In this document: positions 10,870-23,745 of the stretch, piece after piece | How the letters are laid out: every line of letters starts with the position of its first letter | Numbering within the stretch: position 1 is the first letter of the stretch | NCBI RefSeq assembly: GCF_036321535.1 | Contig: NC_087436.1 | Coordinates: 92,630,001 to 92,694,000, forward strand | Length of the DNA: 64,000 bases | Direction: 5' to 3' | Origin: Camelus dromedarius | Taxonomy: Eukaryota | Notes under the pieces: model-generated | The model's database searches: none | Told to the model about the DNA's origin: nothing | The model's input: only the letters and a program-made list of their open reading frames with translations | Translations under genes and position numbers: made by a program

Positions 10870-11422
10870 TTAAGGGGTAAGCCCCAGCCCTCCAGATTAC
10901 AGGCTCTTTGCAGAAAGCTGGCTCCCCAGACATTACTAACACAACCTGTTGATGAGACAAAGCTGAGTTTATTGCTTCCATACGAAGGGAGAACATCGTT
11001 TTGCAAAGGTTTGGCAGTGTTTCTGGGGAGTAAGGAATGGTAATCATTTAATGAGAATTGGAACTCTGACTTGAGGCTCCCAAAGCAAGGAGCTTGTTAG
11101 GATTGGGCAAGGATCATGATACAACAGTTCAGAATTGGTGGGAAATGCAAAGTGAGAATTTTGAAGCAAGAGATTCAAACACTCTCAGGGTACAAGCTGT
11201 CTGTTTATGCTTTTCCACTGAAGAGCTGGGAAGAGCCTTGGGTGACATTCCTGTGATGAACAGTCAATCCCATTTGCCTGGACAGGAGACTCCTGGAAAA
11301 CTAAAGTCATGTTAAGAAAGGCAGAGGAGTAGTACAGTCATGTTGATGGAGATAGGAAAGTGTGGTTCCAGTTCCCAGAGTGCAGGATGAGTGTGAGGGT
11401 AGACAGTTTCGGTACTGAAGCA
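10870..11422 (-). mobile_element. Old ERVL-type LTR (LTR53/MER73/MER88-like group)
   Basis: 'cctgtgatgaacagtcaatcccatttgcctggacaggagactcctggaaaactaaagtcatgttaa' resembles this group; exact family uncertain. Confidence 0.45.
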
Positions 11423-11559
11423 GATGAGAAACTGTCTGTTCTTTGCTCTAGACAGGCTTGGATATTCAGATAGCACTACCAGCCATCCTCCTGGAAGCCC
11501 TTTCAGCTTCTGGGGGCAAACCCTATGTCACCAGGGTTAAGGATGGAACAGAGCGTGAT

Positions 11560-11960
11560 GATAACATAGGAAGGGGCGTCCAACCCAGTCTTGAGAGTCA
11601 GTAAGGCTTCTTGGAGGAGGAAGCACTCAAGCTGAGACCCAAAGCATGAAAAACATCAGCCAAGCAAAGGAGTGTGTATGTCGTGGCGGGAGGGGGTATG
11701 CTCCAGGTGGAAGGGACAGCAAGGACCCGGAAGTGAGAGAGAGAGATTAGTGCACAGGATGTCACCAGAAGGGCTGAGATCATGCAGAGTCTTGTCAACT
11801 GTGTGTGCCAGGGAGTCTGGGCTTTTTCATGAAGGCATTACGGAGCCACTGTAGAATTTTAGACAGAAAAGAAAACCTATATACCTTTTTAAAGGATTGT
11901 TCTGGTTGCTTGAGAATGGTTTTGGGAGGGGCATGACCAGAGGCAGGGCAAACAGTCATA
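11560..11960 (-). mobile_element. L2 fragment
   Basis: 'gtcagtaaggcttcttggaggaggaagcactcaagctgagacc', 'gggagtctgggctttttcatgaaggcatt..ggagccactg'. Confidence 0.6.
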
Positions 11961-13361
11961 CCATTTACAATGTTGAAGTCACATTGACTTATTTATACAT
12001 TGCCTTCGCTTCAGAACCTGCAAATTCATGGAGTCATAGACCCCAAAGGTTGAAAAGAATCCTTAAAAAATCATCCAGACCAGTATTTCCCTACCAAATC
12101 ATACTGCAGACCCACAAAAACTCACCCCTCTCCCTGACCCTAAGCTTGAAGCAGGGTGCAGAGGGGATGGAGGGACTGGGCAGGCATCCTGTCACTGGGG
12201 AGGCTCAGAGGCAGATCTTGGGAAACAACATTCTGGTCCATCCACCCACCTAAGCAGTGATTGACTTCCCCCTACACTGATCTGATCCAAGGAAAACATA
12301 CGCCTTTCAAAACACGGAGAAATGTGTACCCAGAATGTGCTTCAACAACTCAAAAGCCAATTACGGTCTGTCTAATCTAACCAAAGCTGATTTCCTCAGG
12401 TGGCCGAGGGAGAGGTCAAATGGCCACTGCCGAGGATTTCCACAGAGTTCCGCCAGAACATGACGTCCCCGGCGTGTCCCCAGGGCCAGCAGCTCAACTG
12501 CTGAAGAGTTAAGCAGTTGAATCTTTTAATTTCCCTTCCTCTCCTGATAATTATAAATATGGCACAGCCGTGAACTGCAGCAAACTCCCTTAGAGGTGAG
12601 GATTCAGTATTCTCTCACAAAGGAAACAAAAAGAAATTGTCCATATTTTATGCTCCCACATGTGCTCACTGATGCCGATCTGAAAAAGACAAAGAGGGAT
12701 TATTTTCTAATGAAAAAAATCTGCACATCCACATTCATCTATTTATATAAACCTCATTTTGCTCCCAAGCAGTCTGTGCCATTTCTGTAAGAACCGTGAT
12801 TTCGCAAGCTCTCGATTCATGGGGAAGCTGTGAGTGCCCTCTAGAGGAATTTTGTCTCCATTACAGCTACCCACCGCGGGTCCGGTACATTAGAGCGGCT
12901 CTTACCCGGGCTGAATTCTGGAGAGCATCAATTTCTCAGGATGTGTGTGCAGTTTAGGTCCATTTTCAGCTTCTCTTTTTATACATGTGGTTCGTAATTC
13001 AGAGATCAATCCAGTGCTGCTGGCCATAGTAAGAGCTGGGCTGGCTAAAGTTTAGTGAGATTAATAGCCATTGAGAAGATGCTTCCCTCTGCTGGGGCAA
13101 CCCCAGAGCAGAGGACAGCCCCTGCCGAGGAATTCAACCAGGAAAAAGCCTTGCAAATTCACGGTGTGGACTGTCCTCACTTCCATGCTACCAAGAACCA
13201 AGACTGCCCAAAAGGTGAATCTCTGCAACCCTTACAAAACCACCTCACTCTCCCTACCCTGAGGTTGCACGGACCACAGCACAGGACCAATGAATGCCCT
13301 TTAGGATCAGTACCACCTGCAACCCACAAGACCTTGGGCAAGTCAGGCAGCTTTTTAAAAT

Positions 13362-13458
13362 AAAGGCTGCGGAGATTTACACCAGAAACTAGCACAACAT
13401 TGTTAATCAAATATACTTCAATAAAATTAAAATTTAAAAATGTTTAAAAAGGCTGAGG
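13362..13458 (+). mobile_element. Very short young L1 3' tail with TSD
   Basis: 'acaccagaaactagcacaacattgttaatcaaatatacttcaataaaa' plus A-rich tail; TSD aaaggctgcgg / aaaggctgagg. Confidence 0.8.
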
Positions 13459-14711
13459 CTATCCTGGAAATGCTGCATCAGCAGCTGTGGGGTTATGGGG
13501 ACACACATCAATAAAATCTCGATATGAATGCCTTCTGAGCTCTTTCTTCTGCTTGAATATGATGCTGAGTTTTGAGAACTGAATGACATCAAAGTGCAAA
13601 ATTCACTTCAAATAGATGAATAAATTCTTATATGAGATGCTCTAATGTACGGTGTGTTTGAAAACTGTGTTATCTTGAAGTCATTCATATCTTCATAGAA
13701 AAAAATTTTTTTTACTTATAGAGAGTGCCCCTTTTTGATATAACACACTAAAAATATTTTAAGAGCGATTCTTGGTGATTTGCCTTAATCAAATATTGAG
13801 TACTTAATGTTCTGGTGGAACCCTGTGGAAATCCCCTTTCATTAAGTTGAATGGAAATGATGTGGGGAAAATGAGCCTTGGATTAACTTGGTTTGATTCA
13901 TGGAATATTTTAAAAATAATATTAGGCATCTAGATAATTCAGAGACAGCAGTTGCTTCCAATGATGTCAAATCCTGGCTGTGGCAATGCTGCTTCCTCTT
14001 AATGTAGTGAAATGAGCAAGTTTTGGGGCCAGAGAACTCTGGGTTGGATGCTACTGACGGTACAGATCCCAGTCCACAAACATGTAATGAATTTTTCAGT
14101 TTCTCTAATTGAGCTTCATTTCTGTAATGAGCTCCTGTTCCACCAGGGGGCAGAAATGGGATCTGAGTCAATTACATTTTCTCCTTGTTTCTCCAGGTTG
14201 GCACTTGATGGGGAAGGAAAGGGGACCGTGTGATGTCACAGCGTGGCGGGCTGGCAGCTGCTCTTGACCCTTACCTCTGCCCCCCGGCACATCCACTGAG
14301 CCCTCCCCTTCCCATCCAGTGTTCACTGGCATCACTCTACGTTGTCACTGAGGAACATCCTTCGTATTCCTGGGGACTCCTTCCTCCTGGTTGGTTCCTC
14401 CCCTGCGGGACCCAGGCCTCTCCAGAGCACAGGAGAGCACTGTGCTGCTGGGGAATCCGGTGAGGCTGCCCCAGGCCCGGCTGCCAAGGCACACCACAGC
14501 CACGCTCCTGGGGTGGGGGTCTCACACCCACCTGGAAAGGGAATCACAGATCACTTGGACCTCACTCCCCCCAAATTAGCTGGGCTCGTGTTTTCCCCTG
14601 ACCCTGGCCCCCAGCCCACCTGCAGGATGAGGCATAGGGCCTGCCTTCCTCAGACACGCACCCACAGTGTCTCCTCACTTTCACTCCCTCTCCAGCTCTC
14701 CCCACCCCAGC

Positions 14712-15193
14712 TGTGATGGTTGATTTCATGCGTCCACCTGACTGGGCTAGGGGATACCCAGAAAGCTAGTGAAGCATTAGTTGAGTGTCTCCTGAAGGGA
14801 TTAGCATTTGAGTCGGCAGACTGATAAAGGACAGCATCCTCACCAGTGTGGGTGGGCTTCACCCAGTCCCTGGAGGTCCTGAATAGAACAAAAAGGCAGA
14901 GGTAGAGCAAGGTCACTCTCTCAGCCAGAGCTAAGACATTTGTCTTCTGAGACTCTGAGACATCAACACTCCTGGGTCTTGGACTCAAGTGGAACTCGCA
15001 CCATTCGCTCCCCTGGTGTTCGAGCCTTCAGGCTGGACTGGCTTTCTTGGACCTCCAGCTTGCAGACTGCAGATCATGGGACTTCTCAGCACCCGTAATC
15101 ACAGGAACCAATTCCTGTACTTAATCTCTTTCTATGTATCTATACCTATGTCGCCTATTGGCTCTGTTTCTCTGGAGAACTTTGACTAGTACA
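14712..15193 (+). mobile_element. ERVL LTR, MLT2 family (MLT2D-like)
   Basis: Starts 'tgtgatggttgatttcatgcgtccacctgactgggct' and ends 'ctattggctctgtttctctggagaactttgactagtaca'. Confidence 0.85.
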
Positions 15194-15838
15194 CGCAGAG
15201 ATTCACCTTGCCCAGAGTCATCAAGTTTTCTCCATGCTCTGAGACCCCTGGACAGTTCCTGTAAAACCCTTTTCTGAAGCCATTGATTGATGTGCATGAT
15301 GCTGGGGGATCTAAATGCTGCAGGAATTGGTGGAAGGATCAAGAAACATTGGGAAAAAAGAATACACTGCAGCTCCCCAACTTTACTGTGGACCATAGGC
15401 AAGCTCCTTATTTTCTCTGAGCCTCAGTTTCTTCATCAATGGCATGTATCCCATAGGGCTGTGAGAAGGTGGATCTTAAACCAGCTCAGCACCGTACACA
15501 CTCACTCCCCCTCTTCTGCTCATTCTGCTAGCACTGTTGGACAGCAAAGAGAGTAGAGGTCAGTGTGCCCAGAGCAACTGCTTTCCAACAGAGAAAAGAC
15601 AGGAGGAAAAGTGCACAGACAGGCCCAGGGGATCACATGGCTTGCAGAGGAATCCTGGGAAATGGAACAGTGAGAGAAAGAAGAGCCTGGCACACAACGG
15701 GGAAAAGGCAAGAACAAAGGTGCAGAATGACCAGGCCCAACAAGAGCCACACGTGGCAGCCATTATCTCAGGAAGATGGCTCCAGAGACCTGCTCAACCA
15801 GACCCCCTCCGTCCGGATAATGGATCTGCAGGGTTTCA

Positions 15839-16758
15839 AAGACAGATCATGAAAGATGCTCAACATTGCTAATTATCAGAGAAATGCAAACCAAAACCAC
15901 AATGAGGTATCATCTCACACCAGTCAGAATGGCCATCACTAGAAAGTCTACAAATAAAGAATGCTGAAGAGAGTGTGGAGAAAAGGGAGTCCTCCTACTC
16001 TGTTGATGGGAATGTAAATTGATGCAGCCATTATGAAGCACAGTATGGAGTTCCTTTAAAAACCAAAAACAGAGTTATCATATGATCCAGCAATCCCACT
16101 CCTGGGCATATGTCCAGAGAAAACTTTAATTCCAAAAGATACATGCACACCAATGTTCACAGCAGCACTATTTACAATAGCCAAGACATGGAGGCAACTT
16201 AAATGTCCATGATAGATGACTGGATAAAGAAGATTTAGTGGAATACTACTCAGCCATAAAAAAGAATGAGGTAATGCCATTTGCAGCAACATGGATGGAC
16301 CTAGAGATTATCATACTAAGTGAGGTAAGTCAGACAGAGAAATATCATATGATATCACTTCTATGTGGAATCTAAAAAATGATATAGATTAATTCATTTA
16401 CAAACCAGAAATAGACTCACAGACATGGAAAACAAACTATGGTTACCAAAGGGGTAGTGGAGGAGGATAAATTAGGAGTTTGGGATTACAATATACATAC
16501 TACTATATATAAAACAGATAAACAACAAGGCCCTACTGTAGAGCACAGGGAACTTGTAATAACCTATAATGGAAAAGAATCTGAAAAAAAATATATGTGT
16601 GTGTGTGTGTGTGCATATATATATATACACACACATATATACATGTCACTTTGCTGTAAACCTGAAACTAACACAACATTGTAAATCAACTATACTTCAA
16701 TTTAAAAAAATTTTTAAGTAATTAAAATAATAAATTTGGAATAGAAGACAGATCATGA
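15839..16758 (+). mobile_element. 5'-truncated young L1 (ORF2 C-terminus, 3'UTR, A-tail) with perfect 14-bp TSD
   Basis: L1 ORF2-end sequence 'gatgctcaacattgctaattatcagagaaatgcaaa...gatccagcaatcccactcctgggcatatg'; tail 'acaacattgtaaatcaactatacttcaa'; TSD aagacagatcatga at 15839-15852 and 16745-16758. Confidence 0.93.
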
Positions 16759-17373
16759 CCCAGCAGTGCGCACACCTGCCCCTGCTCTCACTTCTGCCAC
16801 CTGCTGGGCAAAGTGCTAAGTTGGGGCTTCTCCGATTTTCTACTCTGGTCAATTGACCACCTTCATGAAATTCTGCCATACATTTCATCATTTCCCTACC
16901 CAAACTTGTTTCATTTTTTAAATGATACTTCTATGATTTTGCATATCTTTAGCAACACTGTATCATCCAGCCAATTAGGTGATAATTAAAGAATTTCCCA
17001 AAACTCTGGCTCCTTGATATCAGAAAGCCATTTGCTTTTCTCTGATGCATCTATTAGCCTATTATTTCCATTTAGCCTATTTGTATAGAGCACTCTACTT
17101 CTCCAGACTCTCGAATTACTGATTTTTATGCTTGTTCCTTAGCACTTAATGCAGTTCATAAATTTTACTCTACTACTTTAGGCATAAATCACACTAAAAG
17201 CCCAAGTTGCTGAAGAAAAGTAGCAGCAAATCAGGCTTGGAATATCGAGCCACCAGCATCAAGTATCAATTCTATATTCACACACTTCAAATTAAGAGGT
17301 TTTCCCCTGTTGTTTAAATATAATTTAAAGTTTTCTTACGACTATCCCTGACTTTATATTAAGCCCCAAACTT

Positions 17374-17409
17374 AAAAAAAAAAGAAAGAAAGAAAGAAAG
17401 AAAAAGAAA
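17374..17409. repeat. A-rich/(AAAG)n simple repeat
   Basis: aaaaaaaaaagaaagaaagaaagaaagaaaaagaaa. Confidence 0.85.
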
Positions 17410-19244
17410 CTCAGAATACTCATTTGGTTTTTGTTATGATTCAACATTGAACTTTCTGAAGTATATGCCTAAAAATCACCTCAGTATAGAAACAAACAAA
17501 TGAAAAAAAGATGCCCTTGAGAAACCACTGTTCACTCCTGGCCAAGGTGACATGTAAGTTCAGAGTGTTCTGAAAGGGAAAAAAAAATTATATCTACATC
17601 TCTGAGACCCTGTACATGATTCAGGTTTATGTCAGCAGCATCTGAACGATGTGTGGCCGGCAAAGGACAAAGCACCAGTGCCTCTGTTTTACGTGGTAAG
17701 CCCCTTGCTGACATCAGCCTGGATGTTGACCTTAACCACGTGCCTCAGTTATATTCTACGGTGGCAATTTGGCCACATCCTTTAAAAACAGACGAATGAG
17801 CTTCAGGGAGCTATTCTATGTGGATAGAGATGTTTTTCTTTATTGGTAAATAAATATTCCACCTGTGACATGCAGAGCATTCAAATGAAATGTCAGTGAC
17901 CATTCTGCAGCTCCCTTTAAAAGGCAGAAAATTTCCCTTAGACAACATAATAATAATAATAATCAGCACTTTTCATCTTCAAAGCAATTTTTGCACATTA
18001 ACTAATCAATCTGTCCAACATCTGTGTGACGTGGATGAAAAAGGGTCTTTATTTCAATCAGAGAGAGAGAAATGATGAAAAACATGTTGAGTGACAGAAG
18101 CTCAGCTGAGGCCAGGAAAACCCTCGGCGGAAAATCAGGGGACCCCACTTCAAGACCAGTCTGGCTTTGGGACCACAAGGCAAGAGAACAGAGGCTGCAG
18201 CATCAGTTTGGAGGATACTGCAAAATTCCAGTGAGACGTCTGCTCTCCATGCGATGGGGACGGTAGTGGAAGTTAAAAAGAGAAGCCAGAATGCTTTGGG
18301 AGACCATCAGACCCTCCCAAGAAAGCAGTCTTTCGTTTATCAACTCATTCACTGATTCATTATTTGACTCATTCCCTCGGTACCTCGCTGATGATGTATT
18401 GACCAAACAAGGGAATTTACCCATTTACCGTGTATTGGGTGTCTGCCAGGAACTGTGTTAGGTTGGGGACGCTAAATGAAAAAGACACAATCCCTGATCT
18501 TAATTTCTTAATTTACAACACAGATAAAAAGAGCTGCCCTGTCCATCACTGAGATCACTGATTCCTGTCAGTCCTGCTCTCCAGCCTCCTCAGCAGTCCG
18601 GCCCATTCTCCTCCTCCTCATCTCTGCGACTACCCTGGCTTGGGTCCTGGTCCTCTCTGCTACAGGGCTCTGTCCTCACATCCTCCTTCCATTTTGTTTC
18701 TATCTTTCTAAACTTCATATCTGATGCGGACACTCTCTTGCTTAAACAACTTCAGTTATGGTCCACATCTTCCAGAATAAAGTCCAAACAAAGCCCTTCC
18801 CATTCAGACCGATGCCACCTGCTCCAGTCTCATTCTCCTTGTTCCTTACACTTCAGCAATATGGAAATAATTTCAGTCCCCTGAACACAATATGCTGCAG
18901 AGGAGAAGGGTGCCTCTCTGGCTCTGGACATGGTTTTCTCTCTGCCTAAAATGCCATCCACTGGATCTTCCACCTGGCCTGTGTGCTGAACTGTCATCCT
19001 GAAGCTCTTCCTTGGCCCTGCTTCCCTTTGGAGCAGTTTCCCCTGACCTTCTCAGGCAGGGTTCACCACTGCCCTCTGTGTGACCACATTATACCCACCT
19101 CTCTTGAAATTACAGGTGTCCCTTGTTTTCTGAGGACTCATCATGGGAACATTTGCTGTAATGACTTGCAAAAATGTTCACCCATCAGTCTCTATCCAAA
19201 TCAGAAACCCATCATAATACATCCGCATACTTAGGCTGCATGGA

Positions 19245-22200
19245 ACGTATTAGTTCTGATAGTTTTCTGGAATCATGTCACCTGCAAATAGTGAGTTTTA
19301 CTTCTTCCTTTCCAATACGGGTGAATTTAATCTCTATTTCTTGTCTGACTGCCATGGCTAGGACTTCCAATACTATGCTGAATAAAAGTGGTGAGAGTGG
19401 GCACCTTTATCTTGTTCCTGATCTTAAAGGAAAAGTTTCCAGCTTTTCACCATTAAGTATGCCCTTAGCTGTGGGCTTGTCACATATGGCCTTCATTATG
19501 TTGAGGTATGTTCCCTCTACACCCACTTTGTTGAGAGTTTTAATCATAAATGTATGTTGAATTTTGTCAAATGCTTTTTATCCATCTATTGAAATGGCCA
19601 TATGATTTTTTTCTCTTCATTTTGTTAATGTGGTGTATCGCATTGATTGATCCATCCGTGCATCCCTGAAATAAATCCCGCTTGATCATGGTGTATGACC
19701 CCTTTAATGTATTGTCGTATTTTGGTTGCTAATATTTTGCTGAAAATTTTTGCATCCATATTCATCAGCAATATTAGCCCGTAATTTTCTTTTTTTGTGT
19801 TGTCTTTGTTTGGTTTTGGTGTCAGGGTGATGTAAGCCTCATAAAATGAATCAGGAAGTTTTCCCTCCTCTTAAATTTTTTGGTAATTAAATCTTCTTTG
19901 AAAGTTTGGTAGCATTCACCCGTGAAGCCATCCAGTCCTGGGCTTTTATTTTTTCAGTAAGTTTTTATTACTGTTTCAATCTCTGTACTAGTGATCAGTC
20001 TATTCAGATTTTCTATTTCTTCATGATTCAGTTTTGGAAGGTTGTATGCTTCTAAGAATCTGTTCATTTCTCCTAGCTTGTCCTATTTGTTGGAGTATAG
20101 ATGTTCATAATATTCTCTTACAACCCTTTGTGTTTCTATGGCATCTGTTGTTATTTTTCCTCTTTTTTTTTTTTTCTGGTTTTATTTATCAGAGCCTCTC
20201 TCTGTTTTTCTTAGAGAGTCCAGCTAAAGGTTTGTCAATTTTGTTTATCTTTTCCAAGGACCAGCTCTATCATTTCTATTGTCTTTTTAGTCTCTATTTC
20301 GTTTATTTCTGATCTGATATTTATTATTTCCTTCCTTCTCTGGGACTCTGGGCTACATTTGTTCTTCTTTTTCTAGTCCCTTTAGGTGTAAGGTTAGATT
20401 GTTTATTTGAGATTTTTCTTGTCTTTTGAGATAGGCCTGTATAAGGTCTTAGTACTGCTCTTGCCACATCCCATAGGCTTGGGATGTCATATTTTCCTTT
20501 GTCTTCAGGTAATTTTTGATTTCTTCTCTGATTTCTTTATTGACCCAGTAGTTGCTCACTAGCCTGTGTTCAGTCTCCACATGTTTGTGACTTTTCCAGG
20601 TTTCTTCTGGTAGTTGATTTCTAGTTTCATACCATTGTGATCAGGAAAGATGCTCGATATGATTTCTATCTTCTTAAATGTATTGAGACTTGTTTTGTGT
20701 CCCAACATATGGTGTATCATCCAGAAAGTGGCACGTGCACTTGAGAATGCGTATTCTGCTGCATTTGGATGGAACGTTCTGTACAAATCTATCAAGTCTT
20801 GTTGTCTGATGATTCATTTAAGGCTGCTGCTTCTTTGCTGACTTCCAGCCTGGATGAGCCTTTATACTGATGTAAGTGGAGTCCCCTAGTATTATTATAT
20901 TACTGTCAATTTCTCCCTTTATGTCTGTTAACGTTTGCTTTACGTACACAGGTGCTTCTATATTAGATGCATAGATATTCACAAGTGTGATATCCTTTCG
21001 TTGGATTGATCCCTTTATTACATGCACTTCCCTTCTTTGTCTCTTGTTATATTCTTTATTTAAGTCTATTTTGTTGATATAAGTATTGCTTCCTCAGCTT
21101 TCGTTTTATTTTATCTTCTTTGCATACCTTTTTCCATCTTTGCTTTCAGTCTGCGTCTGTCTTTAAATCTGAAGTGAATCTCTTACAGGCAGCACATATA
21201 TGGGTCTTGTTTTTGTTATCCATTCAGCTACCCTCTGTCTTTTGATTAAAGCATTTAGTCCATTTACATTTAAAGTAATTATTGATAGGTACTTACTGCC
21301 ATTTTGTTAATTGTTTTCTGGTTGTTTTGGTCATTCTTCTCTATTCTTTTTCTCTTGTTTTCTTCCCTCATAGTTTGATGACTTCCTTTCGTGCCATGTT
21401 TATACTCCTTCCCTTTATCTTTTGTGTATCATTGTAAGTTTTGGGTTTCTGGTTACCATGAGGTTCATATTTACCAACCTATATATTTAGCAATCTATTT
21501 TAAGTTGATGATTGCTTAAGTTTGAGTGCATTCTAAGAGCACTACATTCTTACTCCCCCCCCCCCCATTTTGTGGCTTAGATGTCACATTTTATCTTTTT
21601 ATTTTGTGTGTCGTCTAACTAACTATTTTAGCTATAGATAGTTTCATTACTTTTATCTTTTAACTTTCATACTAGTTCTGTAGATGGTCAATCCATTACC
21701 TTTACTCTATGTTTGCCTTTACAAAGTGAGTTTTTTTTCTTTCATAATTTTCTTGTTTCTAGTTACAGCCTTTTCTTTTCTGTTTAAAGAAATCCCTTTA
21801 ACATTTCTTGTAAGGCCAGTTTAGTGGTAATGAACTCCTTTAGCTTTTGCTTATCTGTGAAACTCTCTCTCCTTTAATTCTGGAATGACAGCCTTGCCAA
21901 GTAAAATATTTCTGGTTATAAATTTTTATCTTTCAGAACTTTGAATGTATCATGCTAGTAACTTCCGGCTTGTAAAGTTCATGCTGAAAAAGCTGCTGAT
22001 AGTCATATGGGGATTCCCTTGTCATAACTAGTGGTTTTTCCTCTTACTGCTTCTAAGATTCTCTGTTTATCTTTAACTTTTGATGCTTTAATTATAATGC
22101 ATCTTGGTGTGGGTCTCTTTGGGCTCATCTTATTCAGGACTCTGTGCTTCCTGGACTTGGATGTCTGTTTCCTTGGCCAAGTCAAGGAAGTTTTCAGCCA

Positions 22201-23745
22201 TTTTTCCTTCAGCTAAATTTTCCATCCCTTTCTCCTTCTCTTCTCCTTCTGGGACCCCTATAATGTGAATGATAGTACACTTGATGCTGTCTCAGAAGTC
22301 CCTTAAACTATCCTCATTTTTAAAAAATTCTTATATCTTTTTGCTGTTCCAGTTGGGTGATTTCTACTACCCTCACTTCCAGATCATTGATCTATTCTTC
22401 TGTGTCTTCTAATCTGCTGTTGATTCCCTCTAGTGTATTTTTCATTTCAGTTATTGTTTCTTCAGTCCTGTTTGGTTCTTTTTGTTAAAGTTCTCATGGA
22501 GGTCATCCATTCTTCTCCCAAGTTCAGTTAGTATCTTTATGACTATTGCTTTGAGCTCCTTATCTCCATTTCATTTCATTCTTTTTTTGAGGTTTTGTCT
22601 GGTTCTTTTGTTTGGAAGGTATTCCTTTGTCTCCTCATTTGTCTCTCTGTATTTGTTTCTACGTATTAGGTATATCAGTGATGTCTTCCAGTCTTGAAAG
22701 AATGGCCTTATGTAGAAGGTGTCCTGTGGGGCTCAAGGGTGCAATCCCCATGGTCACCAGAGCCACGTGCTCTGGGGGTATCCCCTTTGTGGGCTACGTG
22801 TGCTCTCCTGCTGCAGCTGGGCTGTGATTGGGTTGCAGCTCCCGCTGCAGGTGTGCTAATGTGCAAGACTAGCTCCCGGCATGACTAACTGCAAGGCCCG
22901 TTTGTTAATGTTGTGTGCTAGTATGTGGGGCTTGACCTCAAGAGTGCCACTTTGGAGAGGCACCATTGTCAGCCAGGGTAGCCCACCATGTGGGGTGGGG
23001 CAGAAGGTGTTTGTGGGGTCCAGCCTGGGTGGGCAGGTTGGATACGGTGGGCCCTCAGGGTGGGCTGGACTGGGACTGGGCACACAGCATTATCTAGGTT
23101 CATGGAGAATGACAGAAATGGCATTCACCAGCACCAGGCCAGCTAGGTAGAAGGAGAGTAAAAAGAAAATAGTGCCTGTGAGCTATTCCATCCCTGGAGA
23201 AAGTTCCACCAGATCCCTGCCTCTCCAGGACATGCCCTGAAATTAACAAATGAATTTCCTTTCCATGCAACCCAAGGACTTTTCAAGCTGCTGCCTCTGT
23301 GATGGGACTTAGAGTGAGTGAGTTTGTGCATGAGCCCTTTGAGAGCAGAATCTTGGGTGCCAGCAGCCCTCTGGCTCTCCCAGATATGAGCCCTGTTGAT
23401 TTTCAAAGCCAGACATTATGGGGATTCATTTTTCTAGTGTAGGTTCCCCAAGATGGGGATCCCAATGTGGGGCACAGGACCTTCACTCTTCAGGGGGGAC
23501 CTCCAAGGTAACGACATCCTTCCTGCTTATGGGCCACTGCACTGGAAGGTGTGGGTTCTGACCAAACTGAGTCTCTGCCCTTCCTACCCATCTCAGCGTG
23601 GCCTTTTCTTTATAGCCTCAGTTGTAGAAAATCTGTTCCACAGGTCTTCAGGTTGTTTTCAGGGAGAGTTGCTCTACATGCACTTGTAGTTTTGGTGTGT
23701 CCGCAGCAGGAGGCATGCTTAGGATCTTCCTACTCCATCTTACTC
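19245..23745 (-). mobile_element. Decayed L1: 5'UTR, ORF1 and N-terminal ORF2 (endonuclease, start of RT); 3' part missing
   Basis: ORF fragments IDLYRTFHPNAAEY...GHKTSLNTFKKIEIISSIFPDHNGMKLEIN and IKGSIQRKDITLVNIYASN...GD are L1 endonuclease. RVLNKMSPKRPTPRCIIIKASKVKDKQRILEAVR is ORF1. The 5' end 'aagatggagtaggaagatcct' lies near 23740. Confidence 0.92.
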
